Source of the DNA: the human T2T-CHM13v2.0 reference genome, Homo sapiens
Assembly: GCF_009914755.1 (NCBI RefSeq)
Contig: NC_060941.1
Strand: one strand, 5' to 3'
DNA length: 64,000 bases
Shown here: positions 24,801 to 39,800 of the stretch, in pieces
How positions within the stretch are numbered: the first letter of the stretch is position 1
Layout of the letters: every line of letters begins with the position of its first letter
Made by a program: the position numbers and the translations under genes
The notes under the pieces: model-generated
What the model was told of the DNA's origin: nothing
What the model saw: the letters and a program-made list of their open reading frames with translations, nothing else
The model's database searches: none

Positions 24801-27800
24801 GGGAGAATCTTCACAGGAAAGCTAAACAGAAGCATTCTCAGAAACTTCTTTGTGATGCTTGCATTCAACTCACAGAGTTGAACTTTCCTTTCGAGAGAGA
24901 AGCTTTGAAACACTCTTTTTCCAGAATCTGCAAGTGGACATTTGGAGGGCTTTGAGGCCTGTGGTGGAAAAGGAATTATCTTCCCGTAAAAGCTAGATAG
25001 AAGCATTCTCAGAAACTACTTTGTGATGATTGCATTCAAGTCACAGAGTTGAACATTCCCTTTGACAGAGCAGTTTGGAAACTCTCTTTGTGTAGAATCT
25101 GCAAGTGGAGATATGGACCGCTTTGAGGCCTATGGTAGTAAAGGAAATAGCTTCATATAAAAGCTAGACAGTAGCATTCACAGAAAACTCTTGGTGACGA
25201 CTGAGTTTAACTCACAGAGCTGAACATTCCTTTGGATGGAGCAGTTTCGAAACACACTATTTGTAGAATGTGCAAGTGGATATTTAGGCCTCTCTGAGGA
25301 TTTCGTTGGAAACGGGATAAACCGCACAGAACTAAACAGAAGCATTCTCAGAACCTTCTTCGTGATGTTTGCATTCAACTCACAGTGTTGAACCTTTCTT
25401 TGATAGTTCAGGTTTGAAACGGTCTTTCTGCAGAAACTGCAAGTAGATATTTGGACCGCTCTGAGGATTTCGTTGGAAACGGGATAACCCGCACAGAACT
25501 AAAACAGAAGCATTCTCAGAACCCTCTTCGTGATGTTTGCATTCAACTCACAGTGCTGAACCTTTCTTTGATAGTTCAGCTTTGAAACACTCTTTTTGTA
25601 GAAACTGCAAGTGGATATTTGGTCCTCTCTGAGGATTTCGTTGGAAACGGGATAAACTGCACAGAACTAAACAGAAGCATTCTCAGAACCTTCTTCGTGA
25701 TGTCTGCATTCAACTCACAGTGTGGAACCTTTCTTTGATAGTTCAGGTTTGAAACACTCTTTTTGTAGAAACTGCAAGGGGATAATTGCACTCTTTGAGG
25801 AGTACCGTAGTAAAGGAAATAACTTCCTATAAAAAGAAGACAGAAGCTTTCTCAGAAAATTCTTTGGGATGATTGAGTTGAACTCACAGAGCTGAGCATT
25901 CCTTGCGATGTAGCAGTTTAGAAACACACTTTCTGCAGAATCTGCAAGTGCATATTTGGACCTCTGTGAGGAATTCGTTGGAAACGGGATAATTTCAGCT
26001 GACTAAACAGAAGCAGTCTCAGAATCTTCTTTGTGATGTTTGCATTCAAATCCCCGAGTTGAACTTTCCTTTCAAAGTTCACGTTTGAAACACTCTTTTT
26101 GCAGGATCTACAAGTGGATATTTGGACCACTCTGTGTCCTTCGATCGAAACGGGTATATCTTCACATGACATCTAGACAGAAGCATCCTCAGAAGCTTCT
26201 CTGTGATGACTGCATTCAACTCACGGAGTTGAACACTCCTTTTGAGAGCGCAGTTTTGAAACTCTCTTTCTGTGGCATCTGCAAGGGGACATGTAGACCT
26301 CTTTGAAGATTTCGTTGGAAACGGAATCATCTTCACATAAAAACTATACAGATGCATTCTCAGGAACTTTTTGGTGATGTTTGTATTCAACTCCCAGAGT
26401 TGAACTTTCCTTTGGAAAGAGCAGCTATGAAACACTGTTTTTCTAGAATCTGCAAGTGGACGTTTGGAGGGCTTTGTGGTTTGTGGTGGAAAAGGAAATA
26501 TCTTCACCTAAATACTAGATAGAAGCATTCTCAGAAACTGCTTTGTGATGATTGCATTCACCTCACAGAGTTGAACATTCCTATTGATAGAGCAGTTTGG
26601 AAACACTCTTGTTGTGGAATGTGCAAGTGGAGATTTGGAGCGCTTTGAGGCCTATGGTAGTAAAGGGAATAGCTTCATAGAAAAACTAGACAGAAGCATT
26701 CTCAGAAAATACTTTGTGATGATTGAGTTTAACTCACAGAGCTGAACATTCCTTTGGATGGAGCAGGTTTGAGACACACTTTTTGTAGAATCTACAAGTG
26801 GATATTTGGACCTCTCTGAGGATTTCGTTGGAAACGGGATAACTGCACCTAACTAAACGGAAGCATTCTCAGAAACTTCTTGGTGATGTTTGCATTCAAA
26901 TCCCAGAGTTGAACCTTCCTTTGATAGTTCAGGTTTGAAACACTCTTTTTGTAGGATCTGCAAGTGGATATTTGGACCACTCTGTGGCCTTCGTTCGAAA
27001 CGGGTATATCTTCGCATAAAATCTAGACAGAAGCCTTCTCAGAAACTTCTCTGTGATGATTGCATTCAACTCACAGAGTTGAACCCTCCTATGGATAGAG
27101 CAGTGTTGAAACTCTCTTTTTGTGGAATCTGCAAGTGGATACGTGGACCTCTCCGAAGATGTCTTTGGAAACGGGAATATCTTCACATAAAAACTAAACA
27201 GAAGCATTCTCAGAAACTTCTCTGTGATGTTTGTGTTCAACTCCCAGAGTTTCACATTGCTTTTCATAGAGTAGTTCTGAAACATGCTTTTCGTAGTGTC
27301 TACAAGTGGACATTTGGAGCGCTTTCAGGCCTGTGGTGGAAAACGAATTATGGTCACATAAAAACTGGAGAGAAGCATTGTCAGAAACTTCTTTGTGATG
27401 ATTGCATTCAACTCACAGAGTTGAAGGTTCCTTTTCAAAGAGCAGTTTCCAATCACTCTTTCTGTGGAATCTGCAAGTGGATATTTGGACCTATTTTGAA
27501 GATTTCGTTGGAAACGGGAGAATCTTCACAGGAAAGCTAAACAGAAGCATTCTCAGAAACTTCTTTGTGATGCTTGCATTCAACTCACAGAGTTGAACTT
27601 TCCTTTCGAGAGAGAAGCTTTGAAACACTCTTTTTCCAGAATCTGCAAGTGGACATTTGGAGGGCTTTGAGGCCTGTGGTGGAAAAGGAATTATCTTCCC
27701 GTAAAAGCTAGATAGAAGCATTCTCAGAAACTACTTTGTGATGATTGCATTCAAGTCACAGAGTTGAACATTCCCTTTGACAGAGCAGTTTGGAAACTCT

Positions 27801-30800
27801 CTTTGTGTAGAATCTGCAAGTGGAGATATGGACCGCTTTGAGGCCTATGGTAGTAAAGGAAATAGCTTCATATAAAAGCTAGACAGTAGCATTCACAGAA
27901 AACTCTTGGTGACGACTGAGTTTAACTCACAGAGCTGAACATTCCTTTGGATGGAGCAGTTTCGAAACACACTATTTGTAGAATGTGCAAGTGGATATTT
28001 AGGCCTCTCTGAGGATTTCGTTGGAAACGGGATAAACCGCACAGAACTAAACAGAAGCATTCTCAGAACCTTCTTCGTGATGTTTGCATTCAACTCACAG
28101 TGTTGAACCTTTCTTTGATAGTTCAGGTTTGAAACGGTCTTTCTGTAGAAACTGCAAGTAGATATTTGGACCTCTCTGAGGATTTCGTTGGAAACGGGAT
28201 AACCCGCACAGAACTAAAACAGAAGCATTCTCAGAACCCTCTTCGTGATGTTTGCATTCAACTCACAGTGCTGAACCTTTCTTTGATAGTTCAGCTTTGA
28301 AACACTCTTTTTGTAGAAACTGCAAGTGGATATTTGGTCCTCTCTGAGGAATTCGTTGGAAACGGGATAAACTGCACAGAACTAAACAGAAGCATTCTCA
28401 GAACCTTCTTCGTGATGTCTGCATTCAACTCACAGTGTGGAACCTTTCTTTGATAGTTCAGGTTTGAAACACTCTTTTTGTAGAAACTGCAAGGGGATAA
28501 TTGCACTCTTTGAGGAGTACCGTAGTAAAGGAAATAACTTCCTATAAAAAGAAGACAGAAGCTTTCTCAGAAAATTCTTTGGGATGATTGAGTTGAACTC
28601 ACAGAGCTGAGCATTCCTTGCGATGTAGCAGTTTAGAAACACACTTTCTGCAGAATCTGCAAGTGCATATTTGGACCTCTGTGAGGAATTCGTTGGAAAC
28701 GGGATAATTTCAGCTGACTAAACAGAAGCAGTCTCAGAATCTTCTTTGTGATGTTTGCATTCAAATCCCCGAGTTGAACTTTCCTTTCAAAGTTCACGTT
28801 TGAAACACTCTTTTTGCAGGATCTACAAGTGGATATTTGGACCACTCTGTGTCCTTCGTTCGAAACGGGTATATCTTCACATGACATCTAGACAGAAGCA
28901 TCCTCAGAAGCTTCTCTGTGATGACTGCATTCAACTCACGGAGTTGAACACTCCTTTTGAGAGCGCAGTTTTGAAACTCTCTTTCTGTGGCATCTGCAAG
29001 GGGACATGTAGACCTCTTTGAAGATTTCGTTGGAAACGGAATCATCTTCACATAAAAACTACACAGATGCATTCTCAGGAACTTTTTGGTGATGTTTGTA
29101 TTCAACTCCCAGAGTTGAACTTTCCTTTGGAAAGAGCAGCTATGAAACACTGTTTTTCTAGAATCTGCAAGTGGACGTTTGGAGGGCTTTGTGGTTTGTG
29201 GTGGAAAAGGAAATATCTTCACCTAAATACTAGATAGAAGCATTCTCAGAAACTGCTTTGTGATGATTGCATTCACCTCACAGAGTTGAACATTCCTATT
29301 GATAGAGCAGTTTGGAAACACTCTTGTTGTGGAATGTGCAAGTGGAGATTTGGAGCGCTTTGAGGCCTATGGTAGTAAAGGGAATAGCTTCATAGAAAAA
29401 CTAGACAGAAGCATTCTCAGAAAATACTTTGTGATGATTGAGTTTAACTCACAGAGCTGAACATTCCTTTGGATGGAGCAGGTTTGAGACACACTTTTTG
29501 TAGAATCTACAAGTGGATATTTGGACCTCTCTGAGGATTTCGTTGGAAACGCGATAACTGCACCTAACTAAACGGAAGCATTCTCAGAAACTTCTTGGTG
29601 ATGTTTGCATTCAAATCCCAGAGTTGAACCTTCCTTTGATAGTTCAGGTTTGAAACACTCTTTTTGTAGGATCTGCAAGTGGATATTTGGACCACTCTGT
29701 GGCCTTCGTTCGAAACGGGTATATCTTCGCATAAAATCTAGACAGAAGCCTTCTCAGAAACTTCTCTGTGATGATTGCATTCAACTCACAGAGTTGAACC
29801 CTCCTATGGATAGAGCAGTGTTGAAACTCTCTTTTTGTGGAATCTGCAAGTGGATACGTGGACCTCTCCGAAGATGTCTTTGGAAACGGGAATATCTTCA
29901 CATAAAAACTAAACAGAAGCATTCTCAGAAACTTCTCTGTGATGTTTGTGTTCAACTCCCAGAGTTTCACATTGCTTTTCATAGAGTAGTTCTGAAACAT
30001 GCTTTTCGTAGTGTCTACAAGTGGACATTTGGAGCGCTTTCAGGCCTGTGGTGGAAAACGAATTATGGTCACATAAAAACTGGAGAGAAGCATTGTCAGA
30101 AACTTCTTTGTGATGATTGCATTCAACTCACAGAGTTGAAGGTTCCTTTTCAAAGAGCAGTTTCCAATCACTCTTTCTGTGGAATCTGCAAGTGGATATT
30201 TGGACCTATTTTGAAGATTTCGTTGGAAACGGGAGAATCTTCACAGGAAAGCTAAACAGAAGCATTCTCAGAAACTTCTTTGTGATGCTTGCATTCAACT
30301 CACAGAGTTGAACTTTCCTTTCGAGAGAGAAGCTTTGAAACACTCTTTTTCCAGAATCTGCAAGTGGACATTTGGAGGGCTTTGAGGCCTGTGGTGGAAA
30401 AGGAATTATCTTCCCGTAAAAGCTAGATAGAAGCATTCTCAGAAACTACTTTGTGATGATTGCATTCAAGTCACAGAGTTGAACATTCCCTTTGACAGAG
30501 CAGTTTGGAAACTCTCTTTGTGTAGAATCTGCAAGTGGAGATATGGACCGCTTTGAGGCCTATGGTAGTAAAGGAAATAGCTTCATATAAAAGCTAGACA
30601 GTAGCATTCACAGAAAACTCTTGGTGACGACTGAGTTTAACCCACAGAGCTGAACATTCCTTTGGATGGAGCAGTTTCGAAACACACTATTTGTAGAATG
30701 TGCAAGTGGATATTTAGGCCTCTCTGAGGATTTCGTTGGAAACGGGATAAACCGCACAGAACTAAACAGAAGCATTCTCAGAACCTTCTTCGTGATGTTT

Positions 30801-33800
30801 GCATTCAACTCACAGTGTTGAACCTTTCTTTGATAGTTCAGGTTTGAAACGGTCTTTCTGCAGAAACTGCAAGTAGATATTTGGACCGCTCTGAGGATTT
30901 CGTTGGAAACGGGATAACCCGCACAGAACTAAAACAGAAGCATTCTCAGAACCCTCTTCGTGATGTTTGCATTCAACTCACAGTGCTGAACCTTTCTTTG
31001 ATAGTTCAGCTTTGAAACACTCTTTTTGTAGAAACTGCAAGTGGATATTTGGTCCTCTCTGAGGATTTCGTTGGAAACGGGATAAACTGCACAGAACTAA
31101 ACAGAAGCATTCTCAGAACCTTCTTCGTGATGTCTGCATTCAACTCACAGTGTGGAACCTTTCTTTGATAGTTCAGGTTTGAAACACTCTTTTTGTAGAA
31201 ACTGCAAGGGGATAATTGCACTCTTTGAGGAGTACCGTAGTAAAGGAAATAACTTCCTATAAAAAGAAGACAGAAGCTTTCTCAGAAAATTCTTTGGGAT
31301 GATTGAGTTGAACTCACAGAGCTGAGCATTCCTTGCGATGTAGCAGTTTAGAAACACACTTTCTGCAGAATCTGCAAGTGCATATTTGGACCTCTGTGAG
31401 GAATTCGTTGGAAACGGGATAATTTCAGCTGACTAAACAGAAGCAGTCTCAGAATCTTCTTTGTGATGTTTGCATTCAAATCCCCGAGTTGAACTTTCCT
31501 TTCAAAGTTCACGTTTGAAACACTCTTTTTGCAGGATCTACAAGTGGATATTTGGACCACTCTGTGTCCTTCGATCGAAACGGGTATATCTTCACATGAC
31601 ATCTAGACAGAAGCATCCTCAGAAGCTTCTCTGTGATGACTGCATTCAACTCACGGAGTTGAACACTCCTTTTGAGAGCGCAGTTTTGAAACTCTCTTTC
31701 TGTGGCATCTGCAAGGGGACATGTAGACCTCTTTGAAGATTTCGTTGGAAACGGAATCATCTTCACATAAAAACTACACAGATGCATTCTCAGGAACTTT
31801 TTGGTGATGTTTGTATTCAACTCCCAGAGTTGAACTTTCCTTTGGAAAGAGCAGCTATGAAACACTGTTTTTCTAGAATCTGCAAGTGGACGTTTGGAGG
31901 GCTTTGTGGTTTGTGGTGGAAAAGGAAATATCTTCACCTAAATACTAGATAGAAGCATTCTCAGAAACTGCTTTGTGATGATTGCATTCACCTCACAGAG
32001 TTGAACATTCCTATTGATAGAGCAGTTTGGAAACACTCTTGTTGTGGAATGTGCAAGTGGAGATTTGGAGCGCTTTGAGGCCTATGGTAGTAAAGGGAAT
32101 AGCTTCATAGAAAAACTAGACAGAAGCATTCTCAGAAAATACTTTGTGATGATTGAGTTTAACTCACAGAGCTGAACATTCCTTTGGATGGAGCAGGTTT
32201 GAGACACACTTTTTGTAGAATCTACAAGTGGATATTTGGACCTCTCTGAGGATTTCGTTGGAAACGGGATAACTGCACCTAACTAAACGGAAGCATTCTC
32301 AGAAACTTCTTGGTGATGTTTGCATTCAAATCCCAGAGTTGAACCTTCCTTTGATAGTTCAGGTTTGAAACACTCTTTTTGTAGGATCTGCAAGTGGATA
32401 TTTGGACCACTCTGTGGCCTTCGTTCGAAACGGGTATATCTTCGCATAAAATCTAGACAGAAGCCTTCTCAGAAACTTCTCTGTGATGATTGCATTCAAC
32501 TCACAGAGTTGAACCCTCCTATGGATAGAGCAGTGTTGAAACTCTCTTTTTGTGGAATCTGCAAGTGGATACGTGGACCTCTCCGAAGATGTCTTTGGAA
32601 ACGGGAATATCTTCACATAAAAACTAAACAGAAGCATTCTCAGAAACTTCTCTGTGATGTTTGTGTTCAACTCCCAGAGTTTCACATTGCTTTTCATAGA
32701 GTAGTTCTGAAACATGCTTTTCGTAGTGTCTACAAGTGGACATTTGGAGCGCTTTCAGGCCTGTGGTGGAAAACGAATTATGGTCACATAAAAACTGGAG
32801 AGAAGCATTGTCAGAAACTTCTTTGTGATGATTGCATTCAACTCACAGAGTTGAAGGTTCCTTTTCAAAGAGCAGTTTCCAATCACTCTTTCTGTGGAAT
32901 CTGCAAGTGGATATTTGGACCTATTTTGAAGATTTCGTTGGAAACGGGAGAATCTTCACAGGAAAGCTAAACAGAAGCATTCTCAGAAACTTCTTTGTGA
33001 TGCTTGCATTCAACTCACAGAGTTGAACTTTCCTTTCGAGAGAGAAGCTTTGAAACACTCTTTTTCCAGAATCTGCAAGTGGACATTTGGAGGGCTTTGA
33101 GGCCTGTGGTGGAAAAGGAATTATCTTCCCGTAAAAGCTAGATAGAAGCATTCTCAGAAACTACTTTGTGATGATTGCATTCAAGTCACAGAGTTGAACA
33201 TTCCCTTTGACAGAGCAGTTTGGAAACTCTCTTTGTGTAGAATCTGCAAGTGGAGATATGGACCGCTTTGAGGCCTATGGTAGTAAAGGAAATAGCTTCA
33301 TATAAAAGCTAGACAGTAGCATTCACAGAAAACTCTTGGTGACGACTGAGTTTAACTCACAGAGCTGAACATTCCTTTGGATGGAGCAGTTTCGAAACAC
33401 ACTATTTGTAGAATGTGCAAGTGGATATTTAGGCCTCTCTGAGGATTTCGTTGGAAACGGGATAAACCGCACAGAACTAAACAGAAGCATTCTCAGAACC
33501 TTCTTCGTGATGTTTGCATTCAACTCACAGTGTTGAACCTTTCTTTGATAGTTCAGGTTTGAAACGGTCTTTCTGTAGAAACTGCAAGTAGATATTTGGA
33601 CCTCTCTGAGGATTTCGTTGGAAACGGGATAACCCGCACAGAACTAAAACAGAAGCATTCTCAGAACCCTCTTCGTGATGTTTGCATTCAACTCACAGTG
33701 CTGAACCTTTCTTTGATAGTTCAGCTTTGAAACACTCTTTTTGTAGAAACTGCAAGTGGATATTTGGTCCTCTCTGAGCATTTCGTTGGAAACGGGATAA

Positions 33801-36800
33801 ACTGCACAGAACTAAACAGAAGCATTCTCAGAACCTTCTTCGTGATGTCTGCATTCAACTCACAGTGTGGAACCTTTCTTTGATAGTTCAGGTTTGAAAC
33901 ACTCTTTTTGTAGAAACTGCAAGGGGATCATTGCACTCTTTGAGGAGTACCGTAGTAAAGGAAATAACTTCCTATAAAAAGAAGACAGAAGCTTTCTCAG
34001 AAAATTCTTTGGGATGATTGAGTTGAACTCACAGAGCTGAGCATTCCTTGCGATGTAGCAGTTTAGAAACACACTTTCTGCAGAATCTGCAAGTGCATAT
34101 TTGGACCTCTGTGAGGAATTCGTTGGAAACGGGATAATTTCAGCTGACTAAACAGAAGCAGTCTCAGAATCTTCTTTGTGATGTTTGCATTCAAATCCCC
34201 GAGTTGAACTTTCCTTTCAAAGTTCACGTTTGAAACACTCTTTTTGCAGGATCTACAAGTGGATATTTGGACCACTCTGTGTCCTTCGATCGAAACGGGT
34301 ATATCTTCACATGACATCTAGACAGAAGCATCCTCAGAAGCTTCTCTGTGATGACTGCATTCAACTCACGGAGTTGAACACTCCTTTTGAGAGCGCAGTT
34401 TTGAAACTCTCTTTCTGTGGCATCTGCAAGGGGACATGTAGACCTCTTTGAAGATTTCGTTGGAAACGGAATCATCTTCACATAAAAACTACACAGATGC
34501 ATTCTCAGGAACTTTTTGGTGATGTTTGTATTCAACTCCCAGAGTTGAACTTTCCTTTGGAAAGAGCAGCTATGAAACACTGTTTTTCTAGAATCTGCAA
34601 GTGGACGTTTGGAGGGCTTTGTGGTTTGTGGTGGAAAAGGAAATATCTTCACCTAAATACTAGATAGAAGCATTCTCAGAAACTGCTTTGTGATGATTGC
34701 ATTCACCTCACAGAGTTGAACATTCCTATTGATAGAGCAGTTTGGAAACACTCTTGTTGTGGAATGTGCAAGTGGAGATTTGGAGCGCTTTGAGGCCTAT
34801 GGTAGTAAAGGGAATAGCTTCATAGAAAAACTAGACAGAAGCATTCTCAGAAAATACTTCGTGATGATTGAGTTTAACTCACAGAGCTGAACATTCCTTT
34901 GGATGGAGCAGGTTTGAGACACACTTTTTGTAGAATCTACAAGTGGATATTTGGACCTCTCTGAGGATTTCGTTGGAAACGGGATAACTGCACCTAACTA
35001 AACGGAAGCATTCTCAGAAACTTCTTGGTGATGTTTGCATTCAAATCCCAGAGTTGAACCTTCCTTTGATAGTTCAGGTTTGAAACACTCTTTTTGTAGG
35101 ATCTGCAAGTGGATATTTGGACCACTCTGTGGCCTTCGTTCGAAACGGGTATATCTTCGCATAAAATCTAGACAGAAGCCTTCTCAGAAACTTCTCTGTG
35201 ATGATTGCATTCAACTCACAGAGTTGAACCCTCCTATGGATAGAGCAGTGTTGAAACTCTCTTTTTGTGGAATCTGCAAGTGGATACGTGGACCTCTCCG
35301 AAGATGTCTTTGGAAACGGGAATATCTTCACATAAAAACTAAACAGAAGCATTCTCAGAAACTTCTCTGTGATGTTTGTGTTCAACTCCCAGAGTTTCAC
35401 ATTGCTTTTCATAGAGTAGTTCTGAAACATGCTTTTCGTAGTGTCTACAAGTGGACATTTGGAGCGCTTTCAGGCCTGTGGTGGAAAACGAATTATGGTC
35501 ACATAAAAACTGGAGAGAAGCATTGTCAGAAACTTCTTTGTGATGATTGCATTCAACTCACAGAGTTGAAGGTTCCTTTTCAAAGAGCAGTTTCCAATCA
35601 CTCTTTCTGTGGAATCTGCAAGTGGATATTTGGACCTATTTTGAAGATTTCGTTGGAAACGGGAGAATCTTCACAGGAAAGCTAAACAGAAGCATTCTCA
35701 GAAACTTCTTTGTGATGCTTGCATTCAACTCACAGAGTTGAACTTTCCTTTCGAGAGAGAAGCTTTGAAACACTCTTTTTCCAGAATCTGCAAGTGGACA
35801 TTTGGAGGGCTTTGAGGCCTGTGGTGGAAAAGGAATTATCTTCCCGTAAAAGCTAGATAGAAGCATTCTCAGAAACTACTTTGTGATGATTGCATTCAAG
35901 TCACAGAGTTGAACATTCCCTTTGACAGAGCAGTTTGGAAACTCTCTTTGTGTAGAATCTGCAAGTGGAGATATGGACCGCTTTGAGGCCTATGGTAGTA
36001 AAGGAAATAGCTTCATATAAAAGCTAGACAGTAGCATTCACAGAAAACTCTTGGTGACGACTGAGTTTAACTCACAGAGCTGAACATTCCTTTGGATGGA
36101 GCAGTTTCGAAACACACTATTTGTAGAATGTGCAAGTGGATATTTAGGCCTCTCTGAGGATTTCGTTGGAAACGGGATAAACCGCACAGAACTAAACAGA
36201 AGCATTCTCAGAACCTTCTTCGTGATGTTTGCATTCAACTCACAGTGTTGAACCTTTCTTTGATAGTTCAGGTTTGAAACGGTCTTTCTGTAGAAACTGC
36301 AAGTAGATATTTGGACCGCTCTGAGGATTTCGTTGGAAACGGGATAACCCGCACAGAACTAAAACAGAAGCATTCTCAGAACCCTCTTCGTGATGTTTGC
36401 ATTCAACTCACAGTGCTGAACCTTTCTTTGATAGTTCAGCTTTGAAACACTCTTTTTGTAGAAACTGCAAGTGGATATTTGGTCCTCTCTGAGGAATTCG
36501 TTGGAAACGGGATAAACTGCACAGAACTAAACAGAAGCATTCTCAGAACCTTCTTCGTGATGTCTGCATTCAACTCACAGTGTGGAACCTTTCTTTGATA
36601 GTTCAGGTTTGAAACACTCTTTTTGTAGAAACTGCAAGGGGATAATTGCACTCTTTGAGGAGTACCGTAGTAAAGGAAATAACTTCCTATAAAAAGAAGA
36701 CAGAAGCTTTCTCAGAAAATTCTTTGGGATGATTGAGTTGAACTCACAGAGCTGAGCATTCCTTGCGATGTAGCAGTTTAGAAACACACTTTCTGCAGAA

Positions 36801-39800
36801 TCTGCAAGTGCATATTTGGACCTCTGTGAGGAATTCGTTGGAAACGGGATAATTTCAGCTGACTAAACAGAAGCAGTCTCAGAATCTTCTTTGTGATGTT
36901 TGCATTCAAATCCCCGAGTTGAACTTTCCTTTCAAAGTTCACGTTTGAAACACTCTTTTTGCAGGATCTACAAGTGGATATTTGGACCACTCTGTGTCCT
37001 TCGATCGAAACGGGTATATCTTCACATGACATCTAGACAGAAGCATCCTCAGAAGCTTCTCTGTGATGACTGCATTCAACTCACGGAGTTGAACACTCCT
37101 TTTGAGAGCGCAGTTTTGAAACTCTCTTTCTGTGGCATCTGCAAGGGGACATGTAGACCTCTTTGAAGATTTCGTTGGAAACGGAATCATCTTCACATAA
37201 AAACTACACAGATGCATTCTCAGGAACTTTTTGGTGATGTTTGTATTCAACTCCCAGAGTTGAACTTTCCTTTGGAAAGAGCAGCTATGAAACACTGTTT
37301 TTCTAGAATCTGCAAGTGGACGTTTGGAGGGCTTTGTGGTTTGTGGTGGAAAAGGAAATATCTTCACCTAAATACTAGATAGAAGCATTCTCAGAAACTG
37401 CTTTGTGATGATTGCATTCACCTCACAGAGTTGAACATTCCTATTGATAGAGCAGTTTGGAAACACTCTTGTTGTGGAATGTGCAAGTGGAGATTTGGAG
37501 CGCTTTGAGGCCTATGGTAGTAAAGGGAATAGCTTCATAGAAAAACTAGACAGAAGCATTCTCAGAAAATACTTCGTGATGATTGAGTTTAACTCACAGA
37601 GCTGAACATTCCTTTGGATGGAGCAGGTTTGAGACACACTTTTTGTAGAATCTACAAGTGGATATTTGGACCTCTCTGAGGATTTCGTTGGAAACGGGAT
37701 AACTGCACCTAACTAAACGGAAGCATTCTCAGAAACTTCTTGGTGATGTTTGCATTCAAATCCCAGAGTTGAACCTTCCTTTGATAGTTCAGGTTTGAAA
37801 CACTCTTTTTGTAGGATCTGCAAGTGGATATTTGGACCACTCTGTGGCCTTCGTTCGAAACGGGTATATCTTCGCATAAAATCTAGACAGAAGCCTTCTC
37901 AGAAACTTCTCTGTGATGATTGCATTCAACTCACAGAGTTGAACCCTCCTATGGATAGAGCAGTGTTGAAACTCTCTTTTTGTGGAATCTGCAAGTGGAT
38001 ACGTGGACCTCTCCGAAGATGTCTTTGGAAACGGGAATATCTTCACATAAAAACTAAACAGAAGCATTCTCAGAAACTTCTCTGTGATGTTTGTGTTCAA
38101 CTCCCAGAGTTTCACATTGCTTTTCATAGAGTAGTTCTGAAACATGCTTTTCGTAGTGTCTACAAGTGGACATTTGGAGCGCTTTCAGGCCTGTGGTGGA
38201 AAACGAATTATGGTCACATAAAAACTGGAGAGAAGCATTGTCAGAAACTTCTTTGTGATGATTGCATTCAACTCACAGAGTTGAAGGTTCCTTTTCAAAG
38301 AGCAGTTTCCAATCACTCTTTCTGTGGAATCTGCAAGTGGATATTTGGACCTATTTTGAAGATTTCGTTGGAAACGGGAGAATCTTCACAGGAAAGCTAA
38401 ACAGAAGCATTCTCAGAAACTTCTTTGTGATGCTTGCATTCAACTCACAGAGTTGAACTTTCCTTTCGAGAGAGAAGCTTTGAAACACTCTTTTTCCAGA
38501 ATCTGCAAGTGGACATTTGGAGGGCTTTGAGGCCTGTGGTGGAAAAGGAATTATCTTCCCGTAAAAGCTAGATAGAAGCATTCTCAGAAACTACTTTGTG
38601 ATGATTGCATTCAAGTCACAGAGTTGAACATTCCCTTTGACAGAGCAGTTTGGAAACTCTCTTTGTGTAGAATCTGCAAGTGGAGATATGGACCGCTTTG
38701 AGACCTATGGTAGTAAAGGAAATAGCTTCATATAAAAGCTAGACAGTAGCATTCACAGAAAACTCTTGGTGACGACTGAGTTTAACTCACAGAGCTGAAC
38801 ATTCCTTTGGATGGAGCAGTTTCGAAACACACTATTTGTAGAATGTGCAAGTGGATATTTAGGCCTCTCTGAGGATTTCGTTGGAAACGGGATAAACCGC
38901 ACAGAACTAAACAGAAGCATTCTCAGAACCTTCTTCGTGATGTTTGCATTCAACTCACAGTGTTGAACCTTTCTTTGATAGTTCAGGTTTGAAACGGTCT
39001 TTCTGTAGAAACTGCAAGTAGATATTTGGACCGCTCTGAGGATTTCGTTGGAAACGGGATAACCCGCACAGAACTAAAACAGAAGCATTCTCAGAACCCT
39101 CTTCGTGATGTTTGCATTCAACTCACAGTGCTGAACCTTTCTTTGATAGTTCAGCTTTGAAACACTCTTTTTGTAGAAACTGCAAGTGGATATTTGGTCC
39201 TCTCTGAGGAATTCGTTGGAAACGGGATAAACTGCACAGAACTAAACAGAAGCATTCTCAGAACCTTCTTCGTGATGTCTGCATTCAACTCACAGTGTGG
39301 AACCTTTCTTTGATAGTTCAGGTTTGAAACACTCTTTTTGTAGAAACTGCAAGGGGATAATTGCACTCTTTGAGGAGTACCGTAGTAAAGGAAATAACTT
39401 CCTATAAAAAGAAGACAGAAGCTTTCTCAGAAAATTCTTTGGGATGATTGAGTTGAACTCACAGAGCTGAGCATTCCTTGCGATGTAGCAGTTTAGAAAC
39501 ACACTTTCTGCAGAATCTGCAAGTGCATATTTGGACCTCTGTGAGGAATTCGTTGGAAACGGGATAATTTCAGCTGACTAAACAGAAGCAGTCTCAGAAT
39601 CTTCTTTGTGATGTTTGCATTCAAATCCCCGAGTTGAACTTTCCTTTCAAAGTTCACGTTTGAAACACTCTTTTTGCAGGATCTACAAGTGGATATTTGG
39701 ACCACTCTGTGTCCTTCGATCGAAACGGGTATATCTTCACATGACATCTAGACAGAAGCATCCTCAGAAGCTTCTCTGTGATGACTGCATTCAACTCACG

